A DNA stretch of 64,000 nucleotides from NCBI RefSeq assembly GCF_035084215.1, contig NC_090352.1:5642001-5706000 (forward strand), given 5' to 3'. Positions 47,731-60,160 of the stretch are shown here, in pieces. The number at the start of each line of letters is the position of its first letter. The first letter of the stretch is position 1. The position numbers were made by a program, and so were the translations under genes. The notes under the pieces were generated by a model. The model saw only the letters and a program-made list of their open reading frames with translations. It did no database searches and was not told where the DNA came from. The DNA comes from Heptranchias perlo (lineage: Eukaryota).

Positions 47731-48984
47731 TATCCAGAGTCTGGACCTGGCCTGATACCAGAATGAAACACAGTGAGAGTCAATGGAGAAGGGAACCTCA
47801 CTTCACTTCCTTTCAGAGCCAATTTGGGTCTCAGCACCCAATGTAGACTATACATGCTGAGCATAGGTCCAAAGCCTAAACTGATTCACACCAGGTGAAA
47901 GTATCTGAGTTAGTGTGTGAGTGTGAAGAAGCAAATGACACAGGGGATCGAGGCAGAGGAACTCAGGGCAGTAGATCTCTGCAGAAATTCATGAGTGGAC
48001 TGAAGTCCGACTTCATCTCCTTCATTCTCCTCTTGATCATCATCCTCCTCGTCTTTCTCATCATCAAAGTTCACAAGGAGGTCGTTGTGTCTCTGTTAGT
48101 TCTGTCACTGTTCTTTCTCCTCCTCATCATCATCATCTTCCTTCTCTTTGCCCCTTGTTGCTGTGGTGGATCTGCAGGGTAAAAACTAGGTGAGCATTGC
48201 CTCTTTGGGATTAAGGGGACACAGAAGGGGGTGGAACCTCTTAGGGACGCCAGGGTGACAGTGTCCGTGTTCAGTCACTAAACTGGTGCCAGCGATATGT
48301 CATTGATCTCGCCATCTGCCACAGCGAGAGCAGATTGCCTCCCCTTGAGCTCCTTGGGCCTTCTCCTCACAGGCTGTGAGTTCTTTAAGGTTGGAGGTGA
48401 CTCCTGCAGTGGCCAACCTCTCGTGGGCATTGTCAACCAATTTCTCCTGTGACAAGGTTGAGTAAATTATGGAAAGGCCAGCAGTTAAAGAGTGTGTGGC
48501 ATGTGGTGTAGGAGAGCAGAGACTGGGGGTAAGAGCCTGTTAGAGTGGGGGCAGTGGGTTTAGGGTTGTGCACGTAAATAATTGCTGCAAAGGGAACTGG
48601 GTAGTCGTAGTGCCAAATGCTGAGTTACAGCCCCCCTTAACCAGAGAGCACGGTGAAGGGTTAGTTTCTAAGTGTTGCCTTCAGAGGATGAAGAGTATGC
48701 TGGCGCCCAGGGTGGGCATTGAAGAAAAGGAGGAGTTGCCCAGGTGTTTTCTTGTATGCCCTGGTGAAGTCACTGAACTTCTTTTGGCACTGCTCTGTCC
48801 TGGGGTGCGAGAATTGGCGCTCAGTGACAGTGCCACCTTCCTCCAGATGGCATGAGTGACATTCTTGGCTGGCTTCCCCGGAGTCTGTGTCTCCTTACTT
48901 GAATTTCCTCGTGTAAATTACTCTACAGATCACTGGTAGGCGCAAGAGTTATTTACATGTGGGTTTCCTGGGCCAGTTCATTTG

Positions 48985-49385
48985 CAGTGGGTTACTGACC
49001 TTTCACCTTTTGGGACCTGGGTTCAAATCCTGCACAGACTGACGGGATGAAAGCCTTCTTTTTCTTTCAGTGTCCCGTGTACAATGATTTGGGGCAGCAT
49101 CAATCTAGATCCTAGTGGGCTTGGGCCTACCACCAAAATCTGTCTCTAATTTGGCACTAATGGACAATATAATTAAGAGGCCATATAGCGACAGGTCTGG
49201 AAATTAGAAAAGAACGTCACACTAGTACAGTATCTTCTGAGGTTGAGCTTGTTGGGGCATGGTAGAGGGAGCTTTATGCTGCATCAGCTGACCTGGGAAT
49301 GCTTGATGCTGACACTAAGTACATGAACTGGGAAGAGCTCCATTCCCCAGCACTGACATCCCTTACAATGACGAGCACAAAAACG
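48985..49385 (+). mobile_element. LF-SINE-like ancient tRNA SINE
   Basis: CCTTTCACCT...GGTTCAAATCC head, then TCCTAGTGG, ATTTGGCACTAATGG, GGTTGAG...GGGGCA and GACGAGCAC blocks in LF-SINE order (from recalled consensus). Confidence 0.6.
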
Positions 49386-50159
49386 TAAAGAATGAGGGAT
49401 TAAGTTTGAGATCAAATTCAGTCCGCTTTGGGATGACAGACCCATGACAGGCCCATTTTTATCTCCCTACTGCCCTGTTTTTTTTTGGTGAGGCATTACC
49501 AGGACGAAAATCACAAAAAGAACATTGACTCACTGTTGGAGGCCAAACCATTGGGATTTTCGGGCAGGCCTCGATTTAGGTGGCTAGCCCGAACCCAGCG
49601 GAGGCCGAATTTATATATTAAAATGAGGGCCCTACGATGTTATTAGGAAAATACCAAATGCCTTAAAGTGTCAATTGGCACTGGCACTGCTGTTTCCTCA
49701 ACCCACCCACAAACCATGGGCGGTAAAGATTGGGAGGCAGCCATTTGCAATGCTACTTAAAGGGATCATAAGGTGGAATCGGGTAAATTTGGAAGGAGGT
49801 CTGGCAATAAATCTTTCTGCATTATTTTTGGGACTTTAAAGCCTTAATACAGACTTCCTTAAATTCAACTCCTTGCTGCTTGGTGAGGTCCACGTTTCTC
49901 TGTCACTTTGATCTGTTTCTCCGTTGACTTTCCCCCGCCACGCCCAATCTTTTCGCCCCTCCCCTTAAAGGTGCTGCTGCAGGCCGACTTCAACCTATAA
50001 GCAGCACAATTAGCGCTGGCAGCTCGACTCCTTATTTAAATGAGGCCCAATCACGAAAATCAATTGGGCCTCCCGCTAATGTCACAAGGATGTCGGAGTG
50101 AACATTCCACCCCTCGCTCATCTGTTGTACGATGGAAACTAAAATTGACCCTACTGCCC

Positions 50160-50405
50160 CGTTCTCTCTCAGAGGGTTGTGAATCTTTGGAATTCTCTAC
50201 CCCAGAGGGCCGTGGATCCTCAGTCGTTGAGTATATTCAAGGCTGAGATAGATAGATTTCTGGACTCTAGGGGAATCAAGGGATATGGGGATCGGGCAGG
50301 AAAGTGGAGTTGAGGTCGAAGATCAGCCATGATCTTATTGAATAGCGGAGCAAGCTCGAGGGGCCGTATGGCCTATCCCTGCTCCTATTTCTTATGTTCT
50401 TCTAT
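50160..50405 (+). mobile_element. CR1 3' fragment
   Basis: SQRVVNLWNSLP...IKGYG plus 3'UTR hairpin and TTCTTATG tail. Confidence 0.85.
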
Positions 50406-52002
50406 TCTTTTGGTGTGGATGGGACAGTAAAAGGATGAAAATCACAAAAAGAATGATGACTTACTGCTGGAGGCCCAGCCGTTGGGATTTCCAGGTGGGC
50501 CTCAATTTAAGTGGTTAACATTCCTTCCCAAAACTGGTGGAGGCCTAATTTACATATTAAAATGAGGGCTCTATGATGTTATTAGGAAAATGTCAAAGAC
50601 CAGTTTCGTGTCAATCAGAAACTGGATGGCTTTTAATGGTGTCAACAGAAGCAGATTAATGTGTTAAGATAAGGTCACCCGGATAAGGTCAAACTGAGGC
50701 TGGCAGTTCTCTTTCTGCTTAAGTGGCAATTGAGGGTTTTTAAAAGGAAAAAAAAACTTTCTAGTGCTATAAAACAGATGTGCATTAATTACAGAGTGAA
50801 ATATGTAAATCATTACTTCATTGGGCTTCAGATACACACATATAAACCATTCGTAGCACAGATGCCATAGTTATAACACTGTTTGCACAAAGCTTTGAAG
50901 ATGAAAATTTGCGATTGGCATGTTTACTGGGAACAGATGGCTTTATAGGGCTGCTAATTCTAGAGGAAATTACCCTTTTATTTTAAGTAAAGAATGACTG
51001 CATAGATGTACTTCTGGCACATGACTGTGCATCAAATAATCATTCATGAAAAGGAATCTTTTATTAGAGAAAAATAAGTATTGACTTGTTAAACATGAGC
51101 TGTCAAGATCACATCAGCCTCCTCCTTCAGCTGTGAATGTGCGAGTGAGTGAAATCCAAGTTAATCACAACAAATGCCACAGCAAACTGTCACTTTACAA
51201 TACATCCTTAGCGTAGATGTGGTTCAGCTTGGCTGCAGCATAGATGAGGCAGGAGACCTTGATCAAATCCGAACCTCGACCGCAGTCAAAGTAACCAGAC
51301 TTTTTGGGCACTGTGAGACCACAGGATGGTTTCTATGAACTTTATGACTGACCGTAGATTGTGTCTGGAAGGACTGGGCAGAACTGAGCCAGTTGAAACT
51401 CTGTTCTGATCAATGACGTTCTTAGTATCTTTGTTCGTTTACTTCTGGCTCTGTCTTGTGTGCAGGCTCTCTCTCTCTCTCGCTCTGTCTTTCTTTCTTT
51501 ATCTCTGTTTGTATCTACCTGCCTCTTGGGTGTTCTAGGCGTGACTAAATGTAAGAGCTAATAGGGTAGAAACTCCAGAATGGGAACGAATCGGACAGCG
51601 AGAGTGTATAGCGGGGCATCCACCCAACATATTGTGCTTGGCCGTTCCCATGTAAACATTCTCATTACATATCCTGTGCAAGTTCATGCTCACACAGTGT
51701 GTTGCCTCTGGAATCCTCCGCATGGAAGTGGGATTTCCTGCATTGCTGCATCTATTTAAAGGGCTGCAGCAGACATTTAAAGGTAAGTGCTCATTGGAAG
51801 GAAAAGAAAACTGCAATACAGCAAACAAATTATTTGGGGAAGTGATAGAACACCAAGAATGTTTTTTAGAACAGAAGAGATTACAGGTGATCTGATAGAG
51901 GTATTTAAAATTATGAAGGCTTTGAGGTGAATCTCTGAGGATGCACAGCAACTGATAGCCATGACTCCTGAGCTGTCGTTTGCTACAATACTGTGAAAGC
52001 TA

Positions 52003-52180
52003 TAGCCCCGATTTTAATATAACCCACCTGACGGGAACAGGGCAGATTCGGGTCAGACATGGATTTTACAACCCGATCCATTGACTTCAATGGAGCGTAA
52101 AAATGGGTGAGGTGTAAAACAGGCTTCTGACCCAAACTCACCCTGTTCCCGTTGAGCAGGTTAGGTTAAGATCGGGACTA
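52003..52180. mobile_element. Palindromic MITE with central CCATTGACTTCAATGG
   Basis: TAGCCCCGATTTTAA...TTAAGATCGGGACTA; GGGAACAGGG/CCCTGTTCCC; superfamily unresolved. Confidence 0.8.
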
Positions 52181-53699
52181 TTTTCTTCATTACAAGTGCA
52201 AGTGGCAACTTCATCGGAATCTGCAGCAGATCCCCAGCTAAGAAGCAGCCAGGGACCAGTTGGCGCCTTCACCTCCATGAAAGTCACAGAATGCAGATCT
52301 GGTGGCATTAGGGGATAGAATTGAGTGCAGTGTGACTAGCGGCTGTGTCGGGGCTTTCAGGATTTGATATCTGCCATTAGACCAGCCATCCCGCCATTCA
52401 GTGGAGCAGCAAATCCAAGGCCCAGTGGAATGGCAACAGTTGGAGTCCACCTACCCGGTGCTGGGGTCTCTCAGGACAGCAGCACACTCCAGACCTGCAG
52501 CCTTCCCCCTCAGAGCGCCAGGCCAGTGGAAGATGGGAGGCGACACTGGGCTACCCAGGAACACCTTCCAGGGATGCAGCCAGGAGCCTGGCTGCTATGA
52601 GATGAGGGTCACCACAGTCCCATAAGCCCTTTGTGGAGCATGAGCGGCCAATCACCTCCAATGGTCCAGGCCCTCAGGTGACACCTAGAAGAAACACAGA
52701 GAACAGGTTTAAAAAAGGCAGATGTAGACACCCAAGGGAAGCACGGTGTTAGGAAAGAGTAGGTTGATTGTGTCTACTTTGGAATTCACTGTAATAATGT
52801 AGAAAATGCACTAACCTGGTACTTTGCTCTTGGAGGTTAGAGTCATACAGGAAAGGGGGCATTTATTTAGCGCTGACTTATTGACTTAGGTGATGATTAT
52901 TGGATAAAGAGGGCTGATGTGTTGTTATGTTTTAGGATGGGAAGTGGATTGAGGAAATGACCCTTTATTGGAAAGAAGGAGGTTTGGTGGTGTCAAAGGT
53001 AGATTGTGTTCCACAGAAGTGGTGAGATGTGCTGTTTTGCCCTTTTGCAGTAAACGCTGCCTGATGGTCCTTCTCTCCACCCTGTGGTGCTGCTCCTCCT
53101 TCATGATCATGGCTTACAAGTGTATACCATGCCTGCTCCTGAGAAGTTCTCACAGCGGATGGAGTTGGAGGGGGTGGGGATGGTGTTCGGGGCTCAAAAT
53201 CTACTGGTGGTCTGACCCTGGGAGAAGCAGTGAGAGGTAAGTCCAGGTGCATGTAGAACGAATGGCAAAACAAAAAGTCGCTGTCAGAAGCATTTCCCAG
53301 GTGTAGAAGGCGGCATTCAGAACCTCCACCACACTCTTGTGCGTCAGAAGCTCTCCCATCCACCTGTGTCAGCTGATCTTGTTTGTGTTATCCACAGTGC
53401 ACCAGGAAGCTGAGTGGCTGCATCACTGGCACCTCATTTAGACATAGGTCAGAGGGCACTCAGTGGATGGATCGTGGGAAAGCTCAGAAAGCGCAAGGGG
53501 AATCGAGAGATTGATGATGGGAATCAGGCGGAATCGGATTCTCCTCCCTGTAAAAAATCCCTGCTGCTTTTATTCAGCGCCAATGTGCTCAAAACGTCAA
53601 GGAAATTCACCTCCAATATCTAACTATTAGTAATATGGTTTCTATGTCAAGAGAAATGAATGATAAAGGTCTGGTGAAAGATGTTGATGGAGAGCTATA

Positions 53700-53985
53700 C
53701 ATAGTTACATAGAATTTACAGAACAGAAACAGGCCATTCAGCCCAACTGGACCATGTGGTGTTTATGCTCCACACGAGCCTCCTCCCACTCCATTTACTT
53801 CATCTCACCTATCAACATATCCTTCTATTCCTCTCTCTCATGTGTTTATCTAGCTTCCCCTTAGATGCAACAATGTTATTTGCCTCAACCACTCCATGTG
53901 GTAGCGAGTTCCACATTCTAACAACTCTCTGGGTAAAGAGGTTTCTCCTGAATTCCTTATTGGATTTATTATTGACTCTCTTATA
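53700..53985 (-). mobile_element. CR1 3' fragment
   Basis: FRRNLFTQRVVRMWNSLP plus 3'UTR. Confidence 0.85.
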
Positions 53986-54012
53986 GGAGAAAGACAACTA
54001 ACCCCGTGTGGT

Positions 54013-54150
54013 CATGATGTGGAGATGCCGGTGATGGACTGGGGTTGACAATTGTAAACAATTTTACAACACCAAGTTATAGTCCAGCAATTTTATTTTT
54101 AATCCCACAAGCTTTCGGGGACTTCCCCCTTCCTCAGGCGGTGTGGAAAT
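54013..54150 (-). mobile_element. 138-bp PLE leader insertion (hammerhead + pLTR tail + sequence up to the ORF ATG)
   Basis: Matches 21044-21146 and then 18085-18116; TSD CCGTGTGGT at 54004-54012 and 54151-54159. Confidence 0.88.
54105..54141 (-). ncRNA. Minimal hammerhead ribozyme (variant of 21056-21094)
   Basis: CCGC-CTGAGGA-A-GGGGG aag TCCCC-GAAA-GC-TT-GTGG. Confidence 0.8.
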
Positions 54151-54414
54151 CCGTGTGGTAGCAGTACAGTTTATGAATTAGCGTTCCCGGTAAGGAACCT
54201 TGCCTGATGGGAGGACAATTGATGCAGAAGTCAATGTGCTCAATTTGGAGATCCGTTAATCAGGCCTGCTAATCTCCTCATCCGATTATCCATTGTGGAA
54301 TCCTGTTGTGTGAGGGCCTGTGCCAGGGGCATTGACAGGTAATATTTACTGGATGCATTAAGCATGGTGTACCAGACTTTGAGACCCATGAAGGTGGCAT
54401 AAAGAAAAGAAGAA

Positions 54415-54850
54415 AGAACTTGCATTTATATAGGGCCTTTCATGATCTTGGGAAATCCCAAAGGACTTTGCAGTCAATGAAGAACTTTTGACGTGTAGTC
54501 ACTGCTGTAATGTAGGGAATGCGGTAGCCAATTTGCAAACAGCAAGGTCCTACAAACAACAATTGATAATGACCAGGTGATCTGTTGTAGTGATATTGGT
54601 TGAGGAATACATGTTGGCCAGGACACCAGGGAGAACTCCCTTGCTTTTATTCGAATAGTGTTGCGGGATCTTTTACGTCCATCTGATAGGACAAAAGGGG
54701 CCTCATCTGAAGGACAACACCTCCGACTGTGCAGCACTCAATCAGTACTGCACTGGAGTGTCAGCCTAGATTTTGTGCTCCAGTCTCTGGAGTGGGACTC
54801 GAACCCATGACCTTCTGACTCAAGAGTTGAGAGTGAGCCACGGCTGACAC
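54415..54850 (-). mobile_element. Full-length Deu-domain SINE
   Basis: Reverse complement of the 43405-43850 family; B-box GGTTCGAGTCCC. Confidence 0.85.
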
Positions 54851-55509
54851 CTTCTCTAGTATGAACCTACTCATTCCTTATCTGAATGTAAGAAACACTT
54901 CCTGTATTCTTTTCGTGGAACTGGGTGACTTCCTGTCAGAGAATAGCCAGCAACAGTGTTAAGCCTCTCGAAACAAATCTGCTTGTAAATATTATGCACA
55001 TGTATGGTAATGTTGGTACAATCCTACTTAAGACTTGCAGAACAGCCTCAGGGACTTAGGTCTATTTTATGTCCTTTAAGCACTCTCTTCATTTTGGGGG
55101 AGGAGAGGTTTCTGAATAATCAGTTTATTTACTGAATTAACTGCTGGCAACTGAACAGCATCCTGATCCCTACAGGGAAATTATGCGGGAATAAAAATAT
55201 GCGCAAGCAGTTCCTGGATTTACATGATTTATGGGGCCGATGGAAACTATGAGAATGGTTGACAAAATTAACTGGGAAAAATATGTAAAACTGAGGACTC
55301 TCTCTGGGACTCTTGAGAATCAAGCTGTTTATTGGAGGGTCCAGGAGTCCAGAGATTCATAGAGTTCCATCCTGCTGACATTGTTCAGATTCTGAGTCCA
55401 AGTAAGTGGTGAGAAAGCAAAAAATAATGTATAAATACTAATAATCATACTAGGTGTTAGTCAGAATTTCAGTAATGCAGTATGGATGTCATTACTAAAA
55501 TATGTAAAT

Positions 55510-57362
55510 AATCACAGAAAATTACCGCACAGAAACAGGCCATTTAGCCCATTAAATTTGTGCCAGTATATTTCTGCATGAGCCTCCTAGTCTATTCCAC
55601 TCGCCTGCTTACTCACACCCTTTAATATTTCCCTTTTGCAAGGAACTACCTAATTCCCTTTTAAAAGTGCTTATGGACTTTGAATTACGGCAGAGAATAC
55701 CACATACCAACTAACCTCTGGGTAAAAAATGTTTTTTAATCCTTTCTGTTTGTGATCATCTTAAATCTATGCCCTGTCGTTGCTCTTTCTGACCAATTCA
55801 AACTGTTATTGTTTACCCCTATCAGAACCCTTCACAACCCTGAAGATCACCCGTCAACATTTTCCGCTCCAGTGTAAAAAGATCTAACTTTTCAAGTCCC
55901 TCTTCATAACTGTGCCCCTCACCCCTGGTAACATCCTAGTGAATTTACATTCCCGTTGCTTTTATATCCATCCTACAATGGGTTTCCTAATCAGTGCACA
56001 ATACTCCAAGTGTGGCATAACTAAGATCTCTTAAAACAACAACAACTTGCATTTATGTAGTGCCTTTAACATAGTAAAATGTCCCAAGGCATTTCACAGG
56101 AGCATTATCAAACAAAATTTGGCACCGAGCCACATAAGGACATATTAGGACAGGTGACCAAAAGAGGTAGGTTTTAAGGAGCGTCTTAAAGGAGGTGAGA
56201 GAGGTAGAGAGGCAGAGAGGTTTAGGGAAGGAATTCCAGAGCTTAGGGCCTTGGCAGCTGTAACCTCCTTGCTTTTGTATCCTATGCCTCGAGAAACAAA
56301 GCAAAAGATGCAGTTTCTTTTTTATGGCCTTGACTACGTCTGTTGCCACCTCTTACACCAGTCACTGTGGAGCACCATTCACCATGTCTTTCCCTCCCCA
56401 GAAACTTTCCTTTAGCCCTACACTGTGCTTTCTGCTCTCTAGTCATCTCTCTATTTAGGTGGTGACAATCCTTTGAATTCCACGTGCCATTTTCTTTGTC
56501 ATAAGTCACTTACATGATACTCCTTTAAATACATTTTTGAAAATCCGTGTAAACTGCATTCACTCCACTTCCTTCATTTATCCTCCCCAAGAATTGTGTA
56601 TGGTTGGCCAAGCACAACCTGCCCTTTATTAATCTGTGTTGTCTGGTCCTGAATAACTTATGTTTCACCGAGTACTTAGTGATTCCATCCTGTATTTTAA
56701 GATTCCAGTAGGTTACTAACAGCTGAAATAAGACTAATTGGCCTATAATTTCCTGGCTTGTCGCCAATAAGATTTTGCACCATGGTCTCCGGTCTGGATC
56801 TAAAACTACATAGAGGTCTAAAATCACATCGCTGTTGAGGCCCAGTCCGGCATAGAATCACATAGTTTTAGTACATAGAAAGAGGCCATTCTACCCATTG
56901 CACCTGTGCTGGCTCTCTGAAAGAGATTTCCACTTAGTCCCATTCCCCTCCCCTTTCCCCATAACATTTAGAGTTTTTCTTTTTCAAATATTTGAAGCTA
57001 TTATATATTCAGCTTTTACCATTGTTTTTGGTGGGACATTCAATGTCTTAACAACTCTCTGCAGAAAAGAAGTTTCTCTTAACCCACCTGTTCATTATTC
57101 TGGCAATGACCTTAAATTTATGCCCTCTAGTTACTGACACACCAACCATTGGAAATAGTTTTTCCCAATTTTCCCAGATCAAATCCCCGATTAATTTTGA
57201 ACACCTCTATCGTATCTTCCTTGTTCTGATGAAAAGAGCCTCAGTTTATCTCATCTTTCCTCGTAACTAAAGCCGCCCATCAGTGGTCAATTCTTAGTGA
57301 ATCTGCTTTCTGTACGTGGCCTTGCCATCCTTCCTAAAATAAGATGTCCCAAAACTGGACAC
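55510..57362 (-). mobile_element. Old CR1 fragments with a nested L2 3' end (about 56035-56260, -)
   Basis: Degenerate RQH.LIKGR.CL, VYTDFQK; L2 GPKLWNSFP...FKTLLKTYLF with (TTG)n tail. Confidence 0.75.
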
Positions 57363-57365
57363 AAT

Positions 57366-58128
57366 GGGCTCAATTTTAAAGGGTGGCGGGATGGCAGCGG
57401 GGTGGGGAGGGTGATGAAGGTGCACATGGCAAACCCGAATAAAGAAAACTTACCTTTTCCGACGCGATTGATGGTGATTAAAGTTGTTTCCGGGTTTCGT
57501 GCCCAGCAGCCAGCCTGATTGCCAGGCTGACTGCCGCCAGGAGCTGCAACACCAAGGTGGGGGGGAGAGAAAGAGAGAGAGAGAGACGTCAACCAGCGCT
57601 GGAACAGAGAGTAGAGGGCACTGAAGATCGGGGTGGGGTGGGGGGGGGGAAGATTGGGGGTGGAGAGAGGGAGATCGGGGGGGGGGCGAGAGGGGGAATC
57701 GGGGTGAGGTGAGGTGGAGATTGGGGGGGGAGGGGGAGACATCAGGGGCTGAGAGGAACACGGAGAGGGAGGCATCGGGGGCTGAGAGGGACATCAGAGA
57801 GGGAGACATTGGACATCGGAGCAGGAGGTTGCAGGTGACATCGGTGGAAAGGTAGGTTTATTTTAATTTTTAACTTTGTGCAATGGTTTTTTATTCAATT
57901 TATTTCTTTTATTTTTTGCCTGATCACCAGCCGTGAATCGGAAGCCATGGGAAAGCTGCCCATGCTGGTGGGACTTCTGCATCCAGGAAGCGCGCAGATG
58001 GGTGCGTCTGTGGGAAACCCGGAAGTCGGTGAGTTGGGGCCGGCTTCCTCACCCGCTCGGGAATTTCCCGATTTTCGCAGCCCCCCCCACCCCCAACGCA
58101 CCCGCCATTTTATTTGAAAATCGGGGCC
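57366..58128. mobile_element. GC-rich non-autonomous Harbinger-type element
   Basis: GGGCTCAATTTT...AAAATCGGGGCC; TSD AAT at 57363-57365 and 58129-58131. Confidence 0.8.
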
Positions 58129-58316
58129 AATGGGTACGAAAAGGTTCCTCCCCTCCCACCCCCCAACCGATGTACGCCAGATACAGGTCTGTTAGGAATG
58201 CAGTGGAAGGGCCAGGAATTGAGCCAGCACACAGAAATTCTGGGTTTCAGTCCCCGCTCGAAGTTTCTGGGAGAGGGGCCTGTTTGGGGCAGAACCTCCA
58301 AACATGACCCTTGATT

Positions 58317-60160
58317 TAGAATCATAGAATCATAGAACATTTACGGCACAGAAGGAGGCCATTCTGTCCATCGTGTCCGTGCCGGCTGAAAATGAGCCTC
58401 CCAGCCTAATCCCACTTTCCAGCACTTGGTCCATAGCCCTGTAGGTTACAGCACTTCTGGTGCACATCCAGGTGCTTTTTAAATGAGCTGAGGGTTTCTG
58501 CCTCTACCACCCTTTCAGGCAGTGAGTTCCAGACCCCCACCACCTTCTGGGTGAAAAAATTCCTCCTCAGCTCCCCTCTAATCCTTCTACCAATTATTTT
58601 AAATCTATGCCTCCTGGTTATTGACCTCTCTGCTAAGGGAAATAGATCCTTCCTATCCACTCTATCTAGGCCCCTCATAATTTTGTATTCCTCAATTAAA
58701 TCACCTCTCAGCCTCCTCTGTTCCAAAGAAAACAACCCCAGACTATCCAATCGTTCCTCATAGCTAAAATTCTCCAGTCCTTGCAACATCCTCGTAAATC
58801 TCCTCTATACCCTCTCTAGCACAATTACATCCTTCCTGTAATGTGGTGACCAGAACTGTATACAGTACTCAAGCTGTGGCCTAACTAGTGTTTTATACAG
58901 TTCTAGCATAACCTCCCTGCTCCTATATTCTATGCCTTGGCTAATAAAGGAAAGTATTCCATATGCCTTCTTAACCACCTTATCTATCTGTCCTGCTACC
59001 TTCAGGGATCTGTGGACATGTACTCCAAGGTCCCTCACTTCCTCTACACCTTTCAGTATCCTCCCATTTATTGTGTACTCCCTTGCCTTGTTTGCCCTCC
59101 CCAAATGCATTACCTCACACTTCTCCGGATTGAATTCCATTTGCCACTTTTCTGCCCACCTGACCAGTCCATTGATATCTTCCTGCAGTCTACAGTTTTC
59201 CTCCTCACTATCAACCACATGGCCAATTTTTGTATCATCTGCAAACTTCTTAATCATGCCCCCTACATTTAAGTCCAAATCATTAATATATACCTCAAAA
59301 AGCAAGCGGCCTAGAATTGAGCCTTGCACTGGAAACAACCTCCCAGTCACAAAAACACCTGTTGACCGTTACCCTTTGCTTCCTGCCACTGAGCCAATTT
59401 TGGATCCGATTTGCCACTTTCCCATGGGCTTGTACTTTTTTGACCAGTCTGCCATGTGGGACCTTGTCAAAAGCCTTGCTAAAATCCATGTAGACTACAT
59501 CAAAAGAGCTACTCTCACTGACCCTCCTTGTTACCGCCTCAAAAAATTCAATCAAGTTAGTCAGACACAACCTTCCCTTAACAAATCCATGCTGACTGTC
59601 CTTGATTACTCCATGCCTTTCTAAGTGACGGTTTATCCTGTCCCTCAGAATTGATTCCAATAATTTGCCCACCACCGAGGTTAGACTGACTGGCCTGTAA
59701 TTACTCGGCCTATCCCTCGCTCCCTTTTTAAACAACGGTACAACATTAGCAGTTCTCCAATCTCCCGGCTCCACACCTGTATCCAGTGAGGATTAGAAAA
59801 TGATGGTCAGAGCCTTGGATATTTCCTCCCTTGCTTCTTTTAATAGACTGGGATACATTTCATCCGGGCCTGGTGATTTATCTACTTTCAAAGATGCTAA
59901 TCCCCTTAATACTTCCTCTCTCACTATATTTATTCCATCCAATATTTCACATTCCTCCTTCTTAACTACAATGTCTGCATCGCCCCTCTCTTTTGTGAAG
60001 TCAGATGCAAAGTATTCATTAAGAACCTTACCAACATCTTCCGCCTCCACACATAGGTTACCTTTTTGGTCTCTAATAGGCCCTACTCTTTCCCTAGTTA
60101 TCCTCTTGTTTTTACTTGCCAATATTTTTTCATGCCCTCTCTTTGCTTTCATATTTTCCG
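58317..60160 (-). mobile_element. 5'-truncated CR1 LINE, same subfamily as 41812-42765
   Basis: Frameshifted ORF2 pieces at 59793-60160, 59295-59774, 58805-59350 and 58406-58789; GAATCATA tail. Confidence 0.95.

Noticed and set aside
47895-48182. Hydrophobic ORF suggesting a membrane protein
   Set aside because: It is the antisense of a GAG/GAT acidic tract, probably from a decayed Harbinger Myb-gene relic
58932-59624. Long + strand ORFs over CR1 copies (also 12332, 14978, 15372)
   Set aside because: They are antisense shadows of CR1 ORF2
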